This document shows positions 27,439 through 36,657 of a DNA stretch of 64,000 nt, in pieces. Every line of letters starts with the position of its first letter. Position 1 is the stretch's first letter. The notes beneath the pieces were generated by a model that saw nothing but the letters and a program-made list of their open reading frames with translations, ran no database searches and had not been told where the DNA came from. Both the position numbers and the translations under genes were made by a program. The stretch covers positions 465,731 to 529,730 of the forward strand of contig JAHQWK010000001.1 of assembly GCA_029856145.1 (NCBI GenBank). Direction: 5' to 3'. Source of the stretch: Promethearchaeia archaeon. GTDB lineage: Archaea > Asgardarchaeota > Lokiarchaeia > Sigyniarchaeales > SOKP01.

Positions 27439-28983
27439 TTAAGCGTTTTCCTCTAAGAATTGAACAAATTGTATTTGTTCCTCAACATCCATATATTTTA
27501 ATTCTTCAACAATTTTATCATAATGTTTAGGTTTAACATTAGGAAGTTTACGAATTCTATTAATCAGCCTTTTAGGTATTTCTTTATATAGACTAACCAT
27601 TGCTTCGATATATTTTACTTGCTCTTCTTTTGTTAAGAATGCAAGTTCTTCCAATAATTCTTTCTTTTCCTTTTTAGAAATTTTTAGACCTATTATTTGC
27701 TTCCTTAAATCTTTTGACAATACAGCAAATATCTTTGATAAATATTCTTTAACTAATTTTTTATCTTTTTCATCTTTTACAGGTAAGAGAGAGTCATGTA
27801 ATTTTAATCTAAATTCTTCTTCCCTTTTTGCTTTTTCCTCATTATCTATTTTTAAAGGTATCTCTTCAAGTTCTTTTATTGGTACTTCTTTAATTTTTTT
27901 TTGTTCAATTTTAATTTCTTCTTTTACAGGAGCTACTTTTTGTGGGCGGTCTAATTTTTCAGATGGCGTAAGTGGCGTAGGGGGGATAGGCGAAGTAGGA
28001 GCATATATTACTGGTTTTTCAATTTCAGATACTTGTTGGGCTTTTTCTGATGGTTTACCGAAAGATAAGAAAATTACTAAGATTCCTTTTAGTAGTATAA
28101 AGATACCTGCAGCATAAAACATAGTTCCTAAAATCCCTAGGATAATAAACTTAACTGCATCTTTTGATACAAATTTTTGTTTTTCCTTGATTCTTTTTTT
28201 CATTCCACTATCTATGAGCAAAATTATTAATGCAGTGATTAGAAGAACAACCCAAATTAGTATTCCTAAAGGGATTTGGATACCAAAAGGTAAATTTATT
28301 AGCGTATTACCCCCGTCTGGGAGATAAATCCCATCTGAAAATGCTCTGTAAATACCATATAATATTAATATAAATCCTGCTTTATTAGAGAAATAATTCA
28401 ATGAATTCTTTGCGAGCAAACCGTAATCATAGATTTTAAAATCCTTATTTTTGGAGTTTGTAAACACATATATTATGATAAAAACCCCTTTAATAAGAAT
28501 AATTACACCTAAACCATACATAATACAACCTAATATTCCCCAACAGAAAGAATCTAGAAAAATTTCATTATATTTTTTCTCCTTTACTTTTTGAGTAATA
28601 TAAGTTCTATCATATATTAGCAGAAATAAACAAATTATAATATTTGCAATATTATCTAAAAGGTTAGCAAGACTATAGTATGGGAATAGATTAAAAAAAA
28701 TTGATATTACTAAATAAAAGAAAAAAATAAACAATGGTAAAGAAGATATTTTATTTAGAAATTGAATAAACTTGTCTAAACTAGATGATTTTATTTCAGG
28801 GAAGGTATGATATGGTTTTTTTGCCCTAATATATGGAGTTGGAGCGGGCTTGAATGTAACCCCTTCCAAAATAAAAGGAGAACCACATCTTTCACAATAA
28901 ACTTGAATATTACTTTCTATTAAGTGAGAGAGTTCCTGGGGGAATACATATTCGCACTCCCGGCAGACAAAAATTTTACTCAT
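27439..28983 (-). CDS. Polytopic membrane protein with an N-terminal Cys4 zinc ribbon and a C-terminal Pro-rich linker plus coiled-coil domain
   Basis: CRECEYVF...(x)...CERCGSPF at the N-terminus. About 8 hydrophobic helices with an internal duplication (YGLGVIILIKGVFIIIYVF / YAAGIFILLKGILVIFLSF). PTSPIPPTPLTPSE linker and K/E-rich tail. Confidence 0.7.
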   Translation of the reverse strand: MSKIFVCRECEYVFPQELSHLIESNIQVYCERCGSPFILEGVTFKPAPTPYIRAKKPYHTFPEIKSSSLDKFIQFLNKISSLPLFIFFFYLVISIFFNLFPYYSLANLLDNIANIIICLFLLIYDRTYITQKVKEKKYNEIFLDSFCWGILGCIMYGLGVIILIKGVFIIIYVFTNSKNKDFKIYDYGLLAKNSLNYFSNKAGFILILYGIYRAFSDGIYLPDGGNTLINLPFGIQIPLGILIWVVLLITALIILLIDSGMKKRIKEKQKFVSKDAVKFIILGILGTMFYAAGIFILLKGILVIFLSFGKPSEKAQQVSEIEKPVIYAPTSPIPPTPLTPSEKLDRPQKVAPVKEEIKIEQKKIKEVPIKELEEIPLKIDNEEKAKREEEFRLKLHDSLLPVKDEKDKKLVKEYLSKIFAVLSKDLRKQIIGLKISKKEKKELLEELAFLTKEEQVKYIEAMVSLYKEIPKRLINRIRKLPNVKPKHYDKIVEELKYMDVEEQIQFVQFLEENA

Positions 28984-29059
28984 TCTTTTTAATTACACCT
29001 TTATTATGATCATTTGCTTTTACTTTAATTTTTTTCGAATAAAATGGAATAAAAATTAA

Positions 29060-29545
29060 TTAATGAGAGACAGTAAGCGGTTGAATAGCTTGATCTATTC
29101 TTAACCTTGTACCACAATTAACACAAAATACAATTTCAGTTGATTCTAAGTGATATTTCATTTTATTGGTAAATTTTTTTCCACATTCACTGCAATATTC
29201 TAAGAAAATTCGAGGTTCCTTAGTAGAATTATTCTGAATATTGTATTGATTATTATTTTGTGTCTGAGATTTTGATTTCCCCGAAACCAGAAGGTAAAAA
29301 CCCTCAAATAATTTATAGATCCCATAACCAATGTATTTAAGAAGGTAAAAAATCCCTTTGATAATATAATAAATCAAGTATGCGATTCCTTTAATGATAT
29401 AATAAAGCAACGTTACAGTTAAAGCTAATAGTGCGACTAAACCAATAATAGCTAATACTTGGCCATAAAGAGGTTGTGCTAAATACCATTCGACAAAAGT
29501 GTTATACCAAACACCGATATTTTCAAGAAAGTTTTCCCAATCCAT
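29060..29545 (-). CDS. Small membrane protein with a C-terminal Cys4 zinc ribbon
   Basis: TM region with the direct duplication YYIIKGIAYLIYYIIKGIFYLLKYIG. C-terminal CSECGKKF....CVNCGTRL. Confidence 0.62.
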   Translation of the reverse strand: MDWENFLENIGVWYNTFVEWYLAQPLYGQVLAIIGLVALLALTVTLLYYIIKGIAYLIYYIIKGIFYLLKYIGYGIYKLFEGFYLLVSGKSKSQTQNNNQYNIQNNSTKEPRIFLEYCSECGKKFTNKMKYHLESTEIVFCVNCGTRLRIDQAIQPLTVSH

Positions 29546-29658
29546 AATTATTCATCCAATTTTTTAGTACTTTTTATTAATAAAAAAGTGTTAAGAATTG
29601 ATTTTAAAATTCTTGGAGTCCAATTTTTGAAATGTAAAAGAATGAGTTTAGACAACAT

Positions 29659-30165
29659 TTAATTTTTTTTTATTAAATTTTCCCAATCCAAAGTTACAAC
29701 TGTTTTATGAAGGGAATGATCATCATCAACTATATTGTATTTTAGATTTGTAAAAAGTTTTTCAGCACGAACTCGAGACTGGTTTATTGAAACTATTTTA
29801 TCATGTTTACCATGGTAAACTACAACGGGAATTTTGACTGTAGAATAAATCTTAGGATTTAACTTGGGAAAAGACAAATATGGAGCGAGTAAAATCAATT
29901 TTGATACCTTATCAGGATTTTCTAAAGTGAAGATACTCGCTATCAAACCACCAAAACTACTACCTATAATAATCCAAGGGCTTTTTTCTTTTAATATTGA
30001 ATATAATTGTTTCATACGGATCTCTAATAAAACTTTAGTTGATATGTTTGGATTGTACTTTTCAAAATCTGGAGTTAAGCATTCAGGGAGCCGTTTTCGA
30101 AGAAGTTGCCCTTTAAAACCTTTCCCTGAACTTTCAAGGCCGTGAATAAAAATGATACTTTGCAT
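29659..30165 (-). CDS. Alpha/beta-hydrolase fold esterase (YqiA/UPF0227-like)
   Basis: IIFIHGLESSG start, nucleophile elbow GSSFGG (GxSxG), and C-terminal DDDHSLH (catalytic His). Confidence 0.68.
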   Translation of the reverse strand: MQSIIFIHGLESSGKGFKGQLLRKRLPECLTPDFEKYNPNISTKVLLEIRMKQLYSILKEKSPWIIIGSSFGGLIASIFTLENPDKVSKLILLAPYLSFPKLNPKIYSTVKIPVVVYHGKHDKIVSINQSRVRAEKLFTNLKYNIVDDDHSLHKTVVTLDWENLIKKN

Positions 30166-30180
30166 AATTTTATAAGAATG

Positions 30181-31239
30181 TTAAGGCTCTCTCTCGACAG
30201 AAAACTTATCCATTTCTTCTTTCAATAATCTCATTTCCTTCTTGTGACCAAAATAGACAAGTAATCCGAAAATAGTGAAGTAAATTGTTAAAATTATCAT
30301 TGTATAAAAATAATACTTATAGGTATAACTCATAAAATGTAAAGCTAAACCAATAATGAATCCAGTGAATAATCTAGATTCAGTAGAGCTTTTTCTTAAT
30401 AAAAGTCTTTGCGTTCCCCAATCAGTTAATCCCGGTATTGGAAGGATTATGCAAAGAAGTAAGGCAATTTCCGGACTAAAATCAATTTGATAGATTTTAG
30501 ATATTAAGTACGTAGTAAAAAGAGCTATTAATCCCCCAAGTATTACTCCTGAACATCTTGAGCAAAAATAGATTTTGGTTCTTCCAAATTTAAGATAAAA
30601 TGTATGATCGCTCGCAGAGAGAGGATGATGAGTTAAGAACATATAATATAATTGTTTTTCTTCTTTTGCAAGCACTTTATCATATAGAAATAATAGTATT
30701 GGAACAATAAATAAAACTGAGATAAGTACTGCGAGTAAGAATTTGATGCCATAATTAATAAAAATAATATCAAGTGTAAATTGGCCAGGATAAAAGACAA
30801 TTTGAAAAGAAATTATGAGACTAAAAATAATGAAAGAAGTAATAATTAATGCTATGAAGGTATAAAGCACATTAATTCGTTTATGATATTTTAAAGGCTG
30901 GTATTTATAGATACCAACCAAGAATCCATAAATTGCTATAATAAAACACCATTCAATATAAATCGTTCCATAAAATGCTAACTGAAAGATAAATTCCCCC
31001 AAAAAACCAGTGATTAAACCATTTATAGGGCCTGCGAGAACAGATAGAAATGTAAAAAGCAAAAGTGTTATTCCAAACTGAATTGAAAGCTCTTGATTAT
31101 TTATAAAAATGGTAGAGATTGAGCCAAAAGGTTCAGAAATATATACATATGATATTGTAATGAACGCAATAATGAATATATTTAAAAATATACGTCTTAA
31201 AATATCATATTGCTCTTCATTATGAGCAGATTCAGTCAC
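30181..31239 (-). CDS. Polytopic membrane protein; the C-terminal half is DUF2085-like (CxxC membrane domain)
   Basis: About 9 TM helices. YFCSRCSGVILGG and a later TDWGTQ resemble the DUF2085 pattern. The N-terminal half (GPINGLITGFLGE) resembles ECF-transporter S components. Family names are from memory. Confidence 0.55.
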   Translation of the reverse strand: MTESAHNEEQYDILRRIFLNIFIIAFITISYVYISEPFGSISTIFINNQELSIQFGITLLLFTFLSVLAGPINGLITGFLGEFIFQLAFYGTIYIEWCFIIAIYGFLVGIYKYQPLKYHKRINVLYTFIALIITSFIIFSLIISFQIVFYPGQFTLDIIFINYGIKFLLAVLISVLFIVPILLFLYDKVLAKEEKQLYYMFLTHHPLSASDHTFYLKFGRTKIYFCSRCSGVILGGLIALFTTYLISKIYQIDFSPEIALLLCIILPIPGLTDWGTQRLLLRKSSTESRLFTGFIIGLALHFMSYTYKYYFYTMIILTIYFTIFGLLVYFGHKKEMRLLKEEMDKFSVEREP

Positions 31240-31294
31240 GATATCTTCTCAATTCTTTTTTATTTATGCTATTTATAATTAGTTTGATGTAATA

Positions 31295-31954
31295 TTAATT
31301 AAAAATCGTATCAAGTTCTTCGATTAAGTTCTCTTTCGTCATTTCAAAACCCATACGTAGTACTTTTAAAATTATGTTTTTTCCGAAAGGAACTTTTAAA
31401 ATTGAATCATCTTGTTCTACAATAGAAATTCCTTCGTCATTATAATCAAGTTGACGCTTTAATGCTTGATATGCTTTTTCTTTTATTTTAAATGTCGCTC
31501 TGGATAATTCATTGTAATTCTTAACATCATCTTTAACATTAAAAAAAAGGATAGCTTCTTCTAATTGTGTAATGAAGCACTTTTTAGTAACTTCTTTTAA
31601 CTTTTTATAGTTACGGTGAGTGTCTTTACACTGGATGAATGTCTGGTCGTTTTTTAGATAAATAGGAAAGTTATTATTAACAACTCTTTCAAATTTTTCT
31701 TTTGAAATATCTCCATTTTGTATTAATTGTTTAGCGGAATCAAGTGTAACTCGAATTTGCTCTAGTGTACCTACTTTTGCTTCTTTATCACTCCAGTATT
31801 TATAAAATGATTTGATTATAGGTTTAACAACAAAATTTAGAGTACCCACATCTAATTCAGAATCTATAAGGTCTCGTCCGTAGTTAAGACTGGTCTCCAT
31901 TTGGTCAACCATTCTTTTCTCTAAGATCTGGTAATTTCGGTCTAAGTAGTCCAT
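31295..31954 (-). CDS. Hypothetical soluble protein, tandem paralog A (unknown family)
   Basis: 219 aa, about 50% identical by eye to the adjacent 220-aa ORF. Shared blocks: MDYL.RNY.I...RM..QM..SL..GR.LID.ELD.G.LNF.VKPI.K.FY.YW, FPIYL.NDQT..QC...H.NY..LK. Confidence 0.7.
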   Translation of the reverse strand: MDYLDRNYQILEKRMVDQMETSLNYGRDLIDSELDVGTLNFVVKPIIKSFYKYWSDKEAKVGTLEQIRVTLDSAKQLIQNGDISKEKFERVVNNNFPIYLKNDQTFIQCKDTHRNYKKLKEVTKKCFITQLEEAILFFNVKDDVKNYNELSRATFKIKEKAYQALKRQLDYNDEGISIVEQDDSILKVPFGKNIILKVLRMGFEMTKENLIEELDTIFN

Positions 31955-32064
31955 TATTCAACTCCGATCTATTTAATACTAGTAATTTTTGCAAGTTTGA
32001 TTATTTATTTAAAGTTATTATCCGAATTTATTTGTTAAAATCTATAATGAAATTAATATTTTGA

Positions 32065-32727
32065 CTATTTATTATCGTATGTTTCATTGAGTGATGTAAT
32101 AAACTCTTTTTTAGTTAACTTAAAGCCTTGTCTAAGCGCTCTAACTATTATTTTTCTCCCAATTGGGATTTTAAGCATTGATGAGTCTTCTTCAACTATT
32201 TTAATACCCATATCTGTAAATTCTAATTGTTTCCTTAAATTTTGCTCAGCTATATCTTTTGAAGGAAATGCTATTAAACATAAGTCTCCATAATCATTCA
32301 CTTCATCCTTTACCTCTAAAAATCTTACAACTTCTCTTAAATAATTTCTAAATGTTTCTTTTGCTACCTGCTTTAATCTTTCATAATTTTTATGTGATTT
32401 CGAGCATTGGGAATCCGTTTGATCATTTGCCAAATAGATAGGAAAATTCTCCTCTATAATTTTATTAAAACTCTCTTGAGTTTTCCCATTTAGTAATAAT
32501 TGTTTACCAGAATCCAATGTAATTTTAATTTGTTTTAAAGTACCAGATCTTGCCTCGCTTTTTGCCCAATAATCATAGAAAGTTTTGACGATTGGTTTGA
32601 CAATGAAGTTTAATAAACCTGTATCTAATTCAGTATCGATTAATTTTCTTCCTAATTCTAAAGATTTTTGCATTTGCTCAATCATTCGTTCCTTTATAAT
32701 CAAGTAATTTCTCTCTAAGTAATCCAA
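32065..32727 (-). CDS. Hypothetical soluble protein, tandem paralog B (unknown family)
   Basis: See paralog A. Conservation between the two copies supports real coding sequence. Confidence 0.7.
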   Translation of the reverse strand: MDYLERNYLIIKERMIEQMQKSLELGRKLIDTELDTGLLNFIVKPIVKTFYDYWAKSEARSGTLKQIKITLDSGKQLLLNGKTQESFNKIIEENFPIYLANDQTDSQCSKSHKNYERLKQVAKETFRNYLREVVRFLEVKDEVNDYGDLCLIAFPSKDIAEQNLRKQLEFTDMGIKIVEEDSSMLKIPIGRKIIVRALRQGFKLTKKEFITSLNETYDNK

Positions 32728-32919
32728 TATTAAATCTCCGTATATATTTTAAAACAAAAATATAAATTCTCAAATAATTATTATAAAAAGACTTCTATTC
32801 TTTTAAAATGATTTCATAATCATTATACTATTAATTTTATGTGTTCAAAAATCTTTATAATCGAAATAAAATTAATCAATCAATAGAAATTGAAAAAAAA
32901 AGTTTGAATTTTCTATAAA

Positions 32920-35900
32920 ATGTCAATTTTTTATTTTCGAACTTTGTTGCTTGGTTCAGACCCTGATACTATTCATTTTTATATATCAAGAGCTTTTGGT
33001 GAACCTGGCGAAGATAAGGAGACTTATGTCTCATGGTATAAAGAATTAAACGTCTTAGATAATAAATGTGATTTAGAAATTGATGCTCTTACAAGTTTTT
33101 CTGCTAATTTAGATGAAATAATTCCAACGGTAGATGGAATTGTTTATTTTTTAAATCCTACAATTCAGGAAGAGTCAGAACTTTTTGAAATGATACTTCC
33201 GGATATTTTTTCCGTAAAACGGGATATCCCTACGATTATTATGTTTTATGATCAAAATGGAATTCTTCCTATCTCTATTAATGATTTATTAACACATATA
33301 TGGGTTAATTTTCCTAGCCTTGAAGCATTTGTGAATCTTCCTCCTAACGATTTTCATCAAACTCTCCAATCTTTATGCTTAGCTATGATTAATGGAGATA
33401 CGCCATTAAATATAGAAAATGCATGGATGCGATTTCCAATATTTATACAAATGGCAAATATCTATTTTAATAACAAAAATTACTTTTATGCCGCTCAAGC
33501 TATCAGAAAAGCAGCTCAAATTGCAGAGATCTATAATAAAGAAGAATTTTTTATAATCAGTGAACAAGCAGCATACCTTTTTTCCAAAATGAATTTATAT
33601 TTAGAAGCAAGTAAAATTTTAGAAAAAGTAGATAAACGGAAATCAAGAAATTTCAAGAAGTTATATGCTGAAGCTATAGTAAGAGAGGGCAATCATTTTT
33701 TCAAAAGGAATGAATATGAAAAAGCAGCTAGAAGCTATGAAAGAGCAGCTCAATGGTCAAGTATAGAATTATTAGATAAAAAACTTATTAATGAAGCATT
33801 TAGATTAGCTATAAATTCGTGGATTTCTGCATGTAGTGTTGAGGATGCTTTTAGAATTTTTCTAAGTTTACCTCATAAAGAGGTTATCACCATTTTAAAA
33901 GAAATTTCGGATAAAATTTGTGCTGCAGCTGATTATTTGGCAAGTATTAATAATTTTGAATTAGCAAGAGAACAGCTATATAGCGCAGTTAACAGATATC
34001 AATTGGAGGATCTTTTTGATGAATTAAAAAACTTGACTACCAAACTTTCCGAAGTTCTAATTGAACTTTTTAAGCATCAAGTAAAAGAACAAAAAAAACA
34101 TGCTGCTAGAAATACTTATGATGAGATTGAAAACATGTGGATCTCTTATAAGGTAAAAAAAGTAGATTTAAATTTGACTCTAGAAGAGTTGATTAATCAA
34201 TTTTTTGAAGTTAATAATTTTGGAATGGCTACAATATTAATAGATAAATTAAGTTCAAGAAAATCCAAACAACAATTAGCAAAAGTTAGAGATGAGCTCG
34301 AAGATAAATATAGAGCTTTGAAAAAGAAAGAAGTAGAAGACAATATCAATAAAGGAGTTCAAGTTATAAGAGATTTTGGCGAAGTTGAACGAGAAATACT
34401 TATAGAGATGAATTCTCAAAAAATAACTGAAGTAAATGAATTTATTAAACATAATAGTTATTTAACAGCAGCAAATCTGCTGAAAAAACAAGCAGAATAT
34501 CTTAAAAGTATTGGAAAAGATGAAATAAGGGATCAAATTCTAACAAAATCTTTAGACATCTTGTTAGATGGTTTAGAATTTGAAAATTTCTTCATAACTT
34601 GTAATACACTCTCAGGTGAAATGAAAACCAAATATTTAACTAGAATTTTTCCAAAATATATTCAAAAATTAAATGAACTTAAGGATTCTGAGGATTATCT
34701 AAGAAAAGAAAGAATTTTTGAGAATTCAATCAGAATTTACCGAGATCAAATGCTTTATGACCATTCAAAAGAAATAAGCTTACTTTTCATAAAACTTGTT
34801 AAAACTGAAGCCTTAAGGATATTGGAGAGCGAAGATAATCTCTCTGCTGTCAATAAAGCTGAAGTTTTAATCAAAAAAGCTCTAAATATAACTTCAGCAT
34901 ATCTGGAAAAAGAGGAAAATATTAAAATTACTTTTAACAAAATCTATAAAAAAATTACTGAAATTTATATTGAATTAGATAACTTGCATTTAGCACACGT
35001 TTATAATGATAAAATTGAAAAACCAACTTACAAAATAGAACTCAATAAGAAAATAGAGAAACTTGAAGCTAAGAAAAGTGAAATTAGATCTAAAAAAGCT
35101 AAGGAAACACGTAAAGGAGAAGAATTAAAGGAAAAAGATTCAATTATCGAAAAAAGAGCGCAAGAAGCGAGATTAGATAAAGAAAATGATATGAAAGAAC
35201 GAAAAGGATTAATAAGAGGATATTTCAAAGATGGTTTGAGTTATTTAAAATCCCAACAGTATGATGAAGCGCTTGAGATCTACAAAAATACAATGAATCG
35301 ATTAAATTTGACTAAAAAATATAAATTAGCAGGAGTTTCTTTAGCCATAGCAAGTTTAATACTTATGAAACAAAATAAATTTGAACAAGCGAGGAATTTA
35401 TTAAATGAGACAAAAAAGAAATTATCTGGTTTAGCTAAATTATTTTCTGAAACATTTGCGGTTACATTGATCGAATATGTTATTGATTTGAAGAGTTTTC
35501 AAGATGAAGAAAAATTGAAAGAATCACTGCACTTTTTTGAAATACTCCCATTATTTGAAGAGGAATTATTTTTATTATATGATCTAATAGGCGAAGAATA
35601 TCAAAAGGAAGAAAAGCGTGAAAAAACTATTGAGACGTTCGCAAAACAAAAAGAAATTGAAAGGATTGTTAAAAAGCTAGCAGGATCTATTGAAAAAAAA
35701 ACACATCACATAAAACAACGAGAGGCAATCAAAAGCCAATATTGGAGACTTATATTAGATGATATCTTTAATGGAAAAATGATAAATGCATCAATAGGTT
35801 ATTTTGACATAATACCAAAACTAATCAAAGAAGGTTATATTAAACTAGCTGCAGTTAGTTTGATCTTAGGTTCGATAATCCTTATTAATGAAAAAACAGT

Positions 35901-36648
35901 TAAAATTTCTGAAGAAACATTCCAGAAACATGTAGATGAAAATAAATCTGATTTAAAGCCTCTTCCAGAAATCGAGATTATGAAGTATTTTTTCCCTGCA
36001 ATAAGAAATGATGAAAAATCGGTTATTAAACTAATCATTGATTCATTTATCGAGAAATTGGTTTTGTTCGAACCTGAAATTCAGATATTAAGAAATATTG
36101 CTGGAGAAGAAATTTCGGAAGAAGAAGAAATTGAAGAAATGTCAAGAAAAGAATATGGAAAATTATCAAAAATACGAATAGATTTTGAGCAAAGATATGG
36201 CAAACTACATTCTAAACAAGGAGATGCTAGAAGAGATAAAGAAAATTCATTAAAGAAAAGAAAACCAATGAGAAAGAGGTATTATTTATTGATATTAGAG
36301 TTGTTGGAAACAAAAAAATTTAAGGAGGGTGCAGAAAAATACTTAGAATTAGCATATAGTTTCTCTAAAAGGAAAGATCTCGAGAGTAGTTCATTAATGG
36401 TGATTTTTTATGGATTAGCTCTTTTAAAGGCAGAAGAACCCTTAAAATCAATTAAAAAGAATATTAATATTTATTTAAATAGCTTAGGAGTTAACAAAAA
36501 ATTGGTCGAAGAAACATTTTATATTATGCTAATTATGTTTCTGATTGATGTAAAACTATATAATTTTGACAAATTTTTGCCTAAAATTAAAGAAATATTG
36601 GAGATACTGCCTATGTTCGAAGAAGAGAAGGTTTTAATTGAAGAATAA
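32920..36648 (+). CDS. Large (1,242 aa) protein: N-terminal degenerate small-GTPase-like domain plus TPR/alpha-solenoid with a central K/E coiled coil
   Basis: Residues 1 to ~160 align by eye, with matching spacing, to the window's Rab-like GTPases, but the motifs are lost: G1 GSDPDTIH (32953..32976), G3 DALTS (33082..33096), G4 YDQN (33247..33258). Many TPR-like hairpins follow, for example YAEAIVREGNHFFKRNEYEKAARSYERAAQ and GYFKDGLSYLKSQQYDEALEIYKNTM. Confidence 0.65.
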   Translation: MSIFYFRTLLLGSDPDTIHFYISRAFGEPGEDKETYVSWYKELNVLDNKCDLEIDALTSFSANLDEIIPTVDGIVYFLNPTIQEESELFEMILPDIFSVKRDIPTIIMFYDQNGILPISINDLLTHIWVNFPSLEAFVNLPPNDFHQTLQSLCLAMINGDTPLNIENAWMRFPIFIQMANIYFNNKNYFYAAQAIRKAAQIAEIYNKEEFFIISEQAAYLFSKMNLYLEASKILEKVDKRKSRNFKKLYAEAIVREGNHFFKRNEYEKAARSYERAAQWSSIELLDKKLINEAFRLAINSWISACSVEDAFRIFLSLPHKEVITILKEISDKICAAADYLASINNFELAREQLYSAVNRYQLEDLFDELKNLTTKLSEVLIELFKHQVKEQKKHAARNTYDEIENMWISYKVKKVDLNLTLEELINQFFEVNNFGMATILIDKLSSRKSKQQLAKVRDELEDKYRALKKKEVEDNINKGVQVIRDFGEVEREILIEMNSQKITEVNEFIKHNSYLTAANLLKKQAEYLKSIGKDEIRDQILTKSLDILLDGLEFENFFITCNTLSGEMKTKYLTRIFPKYIQKLNELKDSEDYLRKERIFENSIRIYRDQMLYDHSKEISLLFIKLVKTEALRILESEDNLSAVNKAEVLIKKALNITSAYLEKEENIKITFNKIYKKITEIYIELDNLHLAHVYNDKIEKPTYKIELNKKIEKLEAKKSEIRSKKAKETRKGEELKEKDSIIEKRAQEARLDKENDMKERKGLIRGYFKDGLSYLKSQQYDEALEIYKNTMNRLNLTKKYKLAGVSLAIASLILMKQNKFEQARNLLNETKKKLSGLAKLFSETFAVTLIEYVIDLKSFQDEEKLKESLHFFEILPLFEEELFLLYDLIGEEYQKEEKREKTIETFAKQKEIERIVKKLAGSIEKKTHHIKQREAIKSQYWRLILDDIFNGKMINASIGYFDIIPKLIKEGYIKLAAVSLILGSIILINEKTVKISEETFQKHVDENKSDLKPLPEIEIMKYFFPAIRNDEKSVIKLIIDSFIEKLVLFEPEIQILRNIAGEEISEEEEIEEMSRKEYGKLSKIRIDFEQRYGKLHSKQGDARRDKENSLKKRKPMRKRYYLLILELLETKKFKEGAEKYLELAYSFSKRKDLESSSLMVIFYGLALLKAEEPLKSIKKNINIYLNSLGVNKKLVEETFYIMLIMFLIDVKLYNFDKFLPKIKEILEILPMFEEEKVLIEE

Positions 36649-36657
36649 AAAGATTTT

